Position numbers and translations under genes: made by a program. From Candidatus Omnitrophota bacterium (lineage in GTDB: Bacteria; Omnitrophota; Gorgyraeia; Zapsychrales; JANLHA01), in the NCBI GenBank assembly GCA_020632535.1, contig JACKFJ010000001.1, forward strand, positions 218,890-282,889: DNA of 64,000 bases, read 5' to 3'. Positions within the stretch are counted from its first letter, which is position 1, and each line of letters starts with the position of its first letter. Below, piece after piece: positions 18,227 to 24,431 of this stretch. The notes under the pieces are model-generated. The model saw only the letters and a program-made list of their open reading frames with translations, made no database searches and had not been told where the DNA came from.

Positions 18227-19104
18227 AAAGAACACATCATAATCATTGCGAGCGAAGTCAGTCCCTGTGGGACGAGCCCCGTAGGGGCGTGGCAATCTCA
18301 GGTATAAAAATATTTATTGCAAGATTGCTTTGTCAGTTGCTTCGCTTCTTCTTCGTCCAGAAAGGACTCGCTTCGCTCGCAATGGGAATTTTATTTTTTC
18401 TTTTACCGTTAAACACTCACGCAGCGGACAATGGCGCTTTAACGGATTTTATTAATGCAAATTCAGCATATCGTGAAGGAAAATATTTGCAGGCGATACA
18501 GGGCTATCATAATATTCTCGCCGCGGGATTTGAAAGCGGCCCAGTTTACTATAATTTGGCCAACGCGCATTTTAAAAATAAAGAACTTGGGAAAGCGATT
18601 GTCAATTATGAGCGTGCAAACAGGATTATGCCGCGAGATCGTGATTTGATCGCGAATTATAAATTTGCTTTGTCGGATGTTGTCGGGCGCACGGAATATT
18701 CTAAAAATCTTTTTGAAAGGACTTGGACGAGTCACAATCGTTTTTATAGTACGAATGAAATGATTTTGATCACTGTTTTGTTATTGATAATGGCGGCGTT
18801 TTGTCATTTGGCGGGTTTGTATTGGCAAAGGCAATATTTACGGATTGGGACAATATTGTTTGCGCTTTTATTTGTGATTTTTGTAATCGGGTTACAAATA
18901 AAAATTGATTTAGAAAGAGATGCCGGAATTGTGATGACTGCGGTACCCGCGCGTTTTGAACCCACTGATAAAGCGACGGTTTATTTTGAACTCCCTCAAG
19001 GGCAGGCGGTTAAAGAATTGGGAAAAGAAGGCGATTGGCTTAAAGTCGAACGCCCCGATGGAAAAATCGGTTGGGTACCAGCTGTGTCCATTGAACGAAT
19101 TTAA
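18223..19104 (+). CDS. batE: BatE-type protein (TPR repeats, TM helices, C-terminal SH3-like domain)
   Basis: TPR repeats (ANSAYREGKYLQAIQGYHNIL, YYNLANAHFKNKELGKAIVNYERA), two TM helices, and an SH3b-like end (GDWLKVERPDGKIGWVPAVSIE). ATGA overlap with the batD stop. Codons 8-54 are a repeat element; the alternative start is ATG at 18382. Confidence 0.75.
   Translation: MKRTHHNHCERSQSLWDEPRRGVAISGIKIFIARLLCQLLRFFFVQKGLASLAMGILFFLLPLNTHAADNGALTDFINANSAYREGKYLQAIQGYHNILAAGFESGPVYYNLANAHFKNKELGKAIVNYERANRIMPRDRDLIANYKFALSDVVGRTEYSKNLFERTWTSHNRFYSTNEMILITVLLLIMAAFCHLAGLYWQRQYLRIGTILFALLFVIFVIGLQIKIDLERDAGIVMTAVPARFEPTDKATVYFELPQGQAVKELGKEGDWLKVERPDGKIGWVPAVSIERI
18244..18385. repeat. Full-length 142-bp palindromic repeat element, family CCATTGCGAG/GGCAATCT
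   Basis: cattgcgagcgaag (from 18244) is the reverse complement of cttcgctcgcaatg (ending 18384). Inner pair ggcaatct (18291-18298) and agattgct (18322-18329) flank a 23-nt AT-rich loop. Confidence 0.9.
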
Positions 19105-19123
19105 CTGAGAATGAGAGGTTAAG

Positions 19124-19705
19124 ATGCGTGTATTTAAGATTGTTGCGATCACTTTTTTAGCTTGCTTTTTGTTTTTTCAGCAATCGGTTTGCGCGCAGCC
19201 AAATGTTGAAACGTTTGTCGAATTTTGTGCAAGTTCTTATGAAAAGACGGCAAAATGTCCGAATGTGATTTGTGATTTGCGATGTTTTGGTGAGAGCGGT
19301 GATATGATTTGTCCACCTACACCGGAAGTTGGAGCCAAAAACGGTGAATTTTTTGTGTCATGTCAGCCTAAGGCTTGCAATTCATTAAAGTTGCAGGATT
19401 GTCCGAAGGAATTTTGTTCTGTTATGACCGATTGTTCGAATAAGGAGACATGTCAGCCTAAGACTCCCGATGTATCTATTCCGACGTGTGGTGCTTTGGC
19501 GTATAGTGGGCAAGATGTGGAATGTTGTCAAGGCTTGGTTAAGCGTTGCGGATTTGATTATCTTGACGGAAGTTGCAATATGGAAGGAAAGAACACGGCG
19601 TATCGTTTTCCGATTTGTATTGCCTGCGGTGATGGTTTTTGTACCAATTTCGAAAATCATTGCAATTGCCCCGAAGACTGCAAGAAAACAATATTTAAGC
19701 TGTAG
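19124..19705 (+). CDS. Secreted cysteine-rich protein, function unknown
   Basis: Signal peptide MRVFKIVAITFLACFLFFQQSVCA, then 22 Cys in about 170 mature residues, ending with CGDGFCTNFENHCNCPEDC. Starts 20 nt after batE with a GAGAGG RBS. Confidence 0.65.
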   Translation: MRVFKIVAITFLACFLFFQQSVCAQPNVETFVEFCASSYEKTAKCPNVICDLRCFGESGDMICPPTPEVGAKNGEFFVSCQPKACNSLKLQDCPKEFCSVMTDCSNKETCQPKTPDVSIPTCGALAYSGQDVECCQGLVKRCGFDYLDGSCNMEGKNTAYRFPICIACGDGFCTNFENHCNCPEDCKKTIFKL

Positions 19706-19711
19706 AGTGAG

Positions 19712-19819
19712 TATCCATTGCGAGTAGGCTTAAGCGAACTGGCATAACATTGCCTATTGCGAGACGGTCTAAGCGAGTACTATCCATTGCGAGGAGGCGT
19801 AAGCCGACGCGGCAATCTC
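19712..19819. repeat. Three tandem left-arm half-units of the CCATTGCGAG repeat family
   Basis: Unit 1 is 19712-19744 (tatccattgcgagtaggcttaagcgaactggca). Unit 2 is 19745-19780 (taacattgcctattgcgagacggtctaagcgagtac). Unit 3 is 19781-19819 (tatccattgcgaggaggcgtaagccgacgcggcaatctc). They lie between convergent genes. Confidence 0.8.
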
Positions 19820-19845
19820 TTTTAGAATATTCCCAGCAACACAAC

Positions 19846-20256
19846 TTAAAGCAACTCAATAATCTTCTTAACTTGCCATTTGGAATTGACCCAGAGTCCC
19901 GTGAGGGGATAGGAAGGAAAAAGTTTCTTGATTTTCTTGGTCCCAAAAATAATCTGCGCTTTATGTTTTTGATAAGTGGCCGGATTACCACGGCAGTCAA
20001 AATGCCCAACGACAAAAATATGTGATGAGTGATTAACTGTTGTTGAAATCTTGATACCGGTTAAAATGGCATCCATTTGCGCGTGCGGACGATTGAGAAT
20101 GCCATCCATCCCGGGTTCCGAAATGATGTCAACATATTTGACTTTGGAGCTGCGGCGTATCCACGTGATCACAGGAATTTGAATGCGCCCGTCCATGCAG
20201 GTCAAGCATGTGGCGCGGTGATCGTCACGAATATGAGGTTTGTGCTTTTGTGTCAT
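19846..20256 (-). CDS. Small (136 aa) beta-carbonic-anhydrase-like protein
   Basis: CxDxR motif (C20-M-D22-G-R24) and HxxC motif (H85-F-D-C88) at beta-CA-like spacing. Its ATG overlaps the upstream gene's stop (ATGA at 20253-20256). Confidence 0.55.
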   Translation of the reverse strand: MTQKHKPHIRDDHRATCLTCMDGRIQIPVITWIRRSSKVKYVDIISEPGMDGILNRPHAQMDAILTGIKISTTVNHSSHIFVVGHFDCRGNPATYQKHKAQIIFGTKKIKKLFPSYPLTGLWVNSKWQVKKIIELL

Positions 20257-22136
20257 GAATTGTTAATGAACCTTAAATAATCTTCAATTTTTCCATCCCG
20301 CATACAGCATTCAATAATCTGTTTGCCGAGAGGATCAAGTCCCGGATCTTGAAGGTAAAGCGCCAATTCTTTCTTAAAGAAATTCATTAAAATTTTTGCG
20401 CCTTTGTCATATGTTTCCTCGCCGACTTCAGGTTGTACATCGACGCGAAGAAAATCACGGTTAAGAAAGAACCCTTCAATTTGTAAAGATTGCACCGTGT
20501 ATCCAAGAAGCGGACAGCGGGCAGGTTCAAGTTGATTCGGCTTAAAGAATGCATTTCCACGACGGGCGAGATATTCGCGTGTGATCCATTGTGGCATAAA
20601 ACCGACTTTCCATGCGCCAATGTATTGATTTGGCGTCAAAGAATATTTGGTTCGTGGTGTTTGAATAATTTGTTTGAGCAGAAGATTGGCTTGATCGACG
20701 CGTTTTCCGGTCGCAAATGGCCAATAGGAACCAACGCCTTCACTGGACATGCCTTCTGTGTCAGTGATGCTGGGATTAGCATAGCCCCGTGGGGAAACTA
20801 ATCGCCATAGCCATGCCAAAGAACGTGGCAAAATATGCAGCATACCGATAATTCCATAAGTTGGATTTTGGGTTGTGCATGGTGGTGTGCGGATTCCAAA
20901 ACTGCGAATATTGACTTCCACAGGTGAACTGACAATGCCCGGGACAATATCGCGGGGAATAACCACGCGTGGATTGGGACATGGCACTCCCGGTGAATCT
21001 TCAGTGTGCTCCCAAATCAAACACGTTGCCTTCGGCACAGAGTAAAGATTTAAAAATACAAGTGGATCCTTGGGTGCCATCGTCATTTCTTCCATAAAGC
21101 GATCAGTGCCATATTTATTAATATGATTAACACGTACAAACCATCCTTGTTCCGCGTCTTGTACAATTAATCTGCCGTTTTCGCCTTGAATTGCTGGATG
21201 ACATAGTGCCATGTCATCCGTGACGGGATTTAAGCGACAGCCTTGAAAGAGAGGTATATAGCGGCTTTTGTCGGTTATGATATTGGTTCCTGTGAGCAAA
21301 CGTCCGTCTGGTTCGCGATGTGGATATTGCAACATTTCGCTTTTGCCGCCACCACTGGCACCCTCATGCATGATGACGAGTTCATTGTCGTATGGTGTTG
21401 TGACAACAACAGTTGAACCGTGCGCGGTTAGCCAACCTTCTTTTTCGCCTAAGTTCAAAAGAACACCATAAATTCCTTTTTTTGCGCTGGGGCCGGGATA
21501 AAGGTTGAGAGCAAAAATTTCATGGATATTATCTTGGCGGTGATGAATAACAACTTGTTTGCCTTGGCAATGCGTATGGCGAAAAGTTGGAGTCAGAAAA
21601 ATAACTGCTTTGGGTGCCCAAACTTCGGGAAGATCGTTACAGTTAACCATACCTTGTAAGCTTGCTAATGACGCGGCAAAAAACGCGGCATTCTTGGGAC
21701 CGATTAACAGAGAAGTGTAGTTGAGAGCTTTACTGCCGGAATAAAACGGAACAATAAGGAGGTCTTGTTCGCGCAGCCAATCTAGGACTTCTTTGCGAAA
21801 TTGTGGGAATGGTGTTGAGAAGCGATCAGAATAGTGAGTTTTGTCTGTCGCTTTTGCGTCGGCAATCACCATTGTTTCTGGATCGCGGCGGCGCATGTAT
21901 GGTTCCGGATAATTGACCGCGACCCCGTTGCGACAGAGATCGACAGTAGCTTCGACAACTTTACCCTTACCGGGGATATCATAACTGACTTCGTAGCTGT
22001 TTGCTGGCGTTGGCCCTAATGAAAGGGTGACCAATTCGCTAAAGTCTTTAGCAATTGTCACGCTTTTGGCGGTTTCAAGCAATTCCGCTAACTCATCATT
22101 TACAAGAAATTTTTTCCAATCAGTTGCTGCGATCAT
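20253..22136 (-). CDS. Divergent PEP-carboxykinase-superfamily P-loop protein (DUF4914-like)
   Basis: Ordered matches to ATP-type PEPCK landmarks: YPGPSAKKGIYGVLLNL, AHGS, P-loop GASGGGKSE (res 259-267), VTDDMALCH, EQGWFVR, NPRVVIP. Starts 8 nt after the lpxB stop. Confidence 0.65.
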   Translation of the reverse strand: MIAATDWKKFLVNDELAELLETAKSVTIAKDFSELVTLSLGPTPANSYEVSYDIPGKGKVVEATVDLCRNGVAVNYPEPYMRRRDPETMVIADAKATDKTHYSDRFSTPFPQFRKEVLDWLREQDLLIVPFYSGSKALNYTSLLIGPKNAAFFAASLASLQGMVNCNDLPEVWAPKAVIFLTPTFRHTHCQGKQVVIHHRQDNIHEIFALNLYPGPSAKKGIYGVLLNLGEKEGWLTAHGSTVVVTTPYDNELVIMHEGASGGGKSEMLQYPHREPDGRLLTGTNIITDKSRYIPLFQGCRLNPVTDDMALCHPAIQGENGRLIVQDAEQGWFVRVNHINKYGTDRFMEEMTMAPKDPLVFLNLYSVPKATCLIWEHTEDSPGVPCPNPRVVIPRDIVPGIVSSPVEVNIRSFGIRTPPCTTQNPTYGIIGMLHILPRSLAWLWRLVSPRGYANPSITDTEGMSSEGVGSYWPFATGKRVDQANLLLKQIIQTPRTKYSLTPNQYIGAWKVGFMPQWITREYLARRGNAFFKPNQLEPARCPLLGYTVQSLQIEGFFLNRDFLRVDVQPEVGEETYDKGAKILMNFFKKELALYLQDPGLDPLGKQIIECCMRDGKIEDYLRFINNS

Positions 22137-22144
22137 GATTACTC

Positions 22145-23299
22145 CTAAATCTTACGTGGTTGTTTAAGAAACTGTAGAATGCTTTCGGCCGCGCGTTGAC
22201 TCGCGCCACTTTTACCCAATGAATCTTGGACTTTTTCTAAATCTGCGCGAACGCGGTCAAATTCTGACGGATGATGATAAATATTTTTTAAGGCCGCGGC
22301 AATTGCAATGCCGGTAGCGTCTTCTTGAATGCATTCCGGGACAATCTTTTTGCCGGCCACAACATTGACGAGTCCGATATAAGGGATTTTGATCAAGGCT
22401 TTGGCGAGGACATAAGTCAGCCACGATGTTTTGTATACCACGACCATTGGTTTTAAAAGCAGAGCCGTTTCGAGTGTTGCTGTTCCTGAGGCCACCATAC
22501 AAATATCGCAAGCATTAAGTCCATTGTGAAAAGAACCATTTAGGATTCTAATAGGTAAAGACTTTTTTGTCAAAAAATTTTCAAATAAATCTGGGGAAAG
22601 ATTAGTCGCTTTGAGAATAATAAACTGAAAACGAGGATCCTCGTTGTGCAGGATTTGCGCAGCGTCCAACATGGGTGGCAAGAGTGATTCAATTTCTTTT
22701 TGTCGCGACCCGGGAAGGATGCCAATCGTAAATTTGTCCGTTGACAGTCCGATGCTTGTTAAGGTTTCGTCACGGTCTTTCGTGATTTGGACTTCATCCG
22801 CCAAAGGATGGCCTACGAAATCAACTTTCATGCCGCGCTTAGCATAAAAATCTTTTTCAAAATCAAAAAGAACCAGCATACGATCGACATTCTTTTTAAT
22901 AAAATCAACACGGTTTTCTTTCCAAGCCCAAACTTGGGGGCTTATGTAATAAATGACTGGAACTTTCATTTTTCTTAATTTGCTGGCGAGTCGTAAATTA
23001 AAACCCGGATAATCGATAAGTATGACCGCCGCTGGTTTGCGGGTTTTGACGTTTTTTAAGAAGGTGTGAAAACAGCGACGAAATTCACCGTAATGCTTAA
23101 GGACTTCAAGAAAGCCAACAACCGCAAAACGAGTTAAATCCTCATCGATGGCAACACTCGCATTCTTCATTTTGGCTCCGCCGAGTCCGGAAAAGGTGAT
23201 GCTTGGATTGAGGTGTTTGATCGCGCTAACGAGTGCGGCGCCGTGGCTGTCGCCAGAGATTTCACCTGCGACAATCATAATGTGTAAAGAAGATGTCAT
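22145..23299 (-). CDS. lpxB: Lipid-A-disaccharide synthase
   Basis: IMIVAGEISGDSHGAALV N-terminus and full-length LpxB similarity (YISPQVWAWKENR, LPGSRQKEI). ATG at 23299 lies just after the upstream gene's stop. The track start at 23347 would overlap that gene by 44 nt. Confidence 0.88.
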   Translation of the reverse strand: MTSSLHIMIVAGEISGDSHGAALVSAIKHLNPSITFSGLGGAKMKNASVAIDEDLTRFAVVGFLEVLKHYGEFRRCFHTFLKNVKTRKPAAVILIDYPGFNLRLASKLRKMKVPVIYYISPQVWAWKENRVDFIKKNVDRMLVLFDFEKDFYAKRGMKVDFVGHPLADEVQITKDRDETLTSIGLSTDKFTIGILPGSRQKEIESLLPPMLDAAQILHNEDPRFQFIILKATNLSPDLFENFLTKKSLPIRILNGSFHNGLNACDICMVASGTATLETALLLKPMVVVYKTSWLTYVLAKALIKIPYIGLVNVVAGKKIVPECIQEDATGIAIAAALKNIYHHPSEFDRVRADLEKVQDSLGKSGASQRAAESILQFLKQPRKI

Positions 23300-23303
23300 G
23301 GTG

Positions 23304-24287
23304 TTAGGTTTGACTCGCAAGTGTTGCGAGTTTAATACGCTCTGCAATTTGATCTTGAGCGCCTTTGATGGCTTCGCAAATTTTAAGTGCTAGTTTAAGC
23401 GCGTCGCGCCCTTCGACTCCGGAGACTACCGGAATTTTATCATCGCGGACACATTCTACAAAAGATTTGAGTTCTTCTTTGAGAGGCTCTTCTTTTTGAA
23501 TAGGGAGGGCGTGCTTTGAAATGAGTGCGCCATGCTTGCGGAAAATAAAAGCCTGTTGTTTGACATAATCAAGGGAAATATACGAATCGACGGTAAAAAT
23601 ACGAATTTTACGCATCACTTCATCTGAGACGCGGCTGGCGGTTAAATTGCAAACACAACCATTTTCAAAAATGACTCGCACGCTGGCAATGTCTTCCATT
23701 GATGTTAAGACATTGATGCCGACGCCATGAAAATCCTTGACCGGACTATTGTTGATGCCAAGAATAATATCAATGTCGTGAATCATAAGATCCATGACCA
23801 CGCCGATGTCGAGTGAGCGATTAGGAAATTTATTGAGGCGATGACATTCGATAAAAAGAGGATGTTTGGTAAAATGCTTGATCGCCATAAAGGCTGAGTT
23901 AAATCGCTCAACATGTCCGACTTGCAGTTTGAGATCATGTTGCTCAGCAAGTTTAATCAATTCATCCGCTTGCGCAACATCCATCGTGATTGGTTTTTCA
24001 ATAAACGTATGGATGCCATGCTCGAGAAAGAATTTGCCGATTTCATAATGAAGCGTGGTCGGAACACAAATATTAACAGCGTCGACTTTTCCTACAAGTT
24101 CACGGTAATCTTCAAAGAAGGGGACGCGGTAATGACGGGCGAGACGTTCGGTACGTTCTTCCTTAATATCGCAGACACCAACCAAATTGACGAGATTTTT
24201 GAGTTCTGAATAGACTTTCAGATGGCGTGAACCGAGGTGGCCGATTCCAATAATCGCGACATTGATTTTTCTGATATTTTTTGTCAT
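23304..24287 (-). CDS. Gfo/Idh/MocA-family NAD(P)-dependent oxidoreductase
   Basis: Rossmann N-terminus INVAIIGIGHLGSRH, the EKP motif (FIEKPIT), and a C-terminal alpha/beta domain typical of the family. Confidence 0.85.
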   Translation of the reverse strand: MTKNIRKINVAIIGIGHLGSRHLKVYSELKNLVNLVGVCDIKEERTERLARHYRVPFFEDYRELVGKVDAVNICVPTTLHYEIGKFFLEHGIHTFIEKPITMDVAQADELIKLAEQHDLKLQVGHVERFNSAFMAIKHFTKHPLFIECHRLNKFPNRSLDIGVVMDLMIHDIDIILGINNSPVKDFHGVGINVLTSMEDIASVRVIFENGCVCNLTASRVSDEVMRKIRIFTVDSYISLDYVKQQAFIFRKHGALISKHALPIQKEEPLKEELKSFVECVRDDKIPVVSGVEGRDALKLALKICEAIKGAQDQIAERIKLATLASQT

Positions 24288-24431
24288 ATTGCCCCCTAAA
24301 GATGTTTTAAGTTATAACAAATCCCTCGACAAAAGTCAACCTGCATGCTAACATCACAAAATTATTGATGCGCTCATATCATTCATAACATCCTCAAAAG
24401 CGAAGACTTAAGTATAGGTTGTTTCTAATTC

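Noticed and set aside
19712-19819. Possible CRISPR array (regularly spaced repeats of about 35 bp).
   Set aside because: The units are contiguous with no unique spacers between them, and are diverged rather than identical. They belong to a dispersed palindromic family, and no cas genes are present.
20253-22136. Interpreting the GASGGGKSE P-loop protein as the missing HPr kinase for the nearby-type PTS.
   Set aside because: The GKSE P-loop resembles HprK. However, the flanking KKG(I/M)(Y/F), H-x-S, DD, EGG-type and N-x-R-V motifs match PEPCK order and spacing. The protein is twice the size of HprK and is 10 kb away on the opposite strand from the PTS genes.
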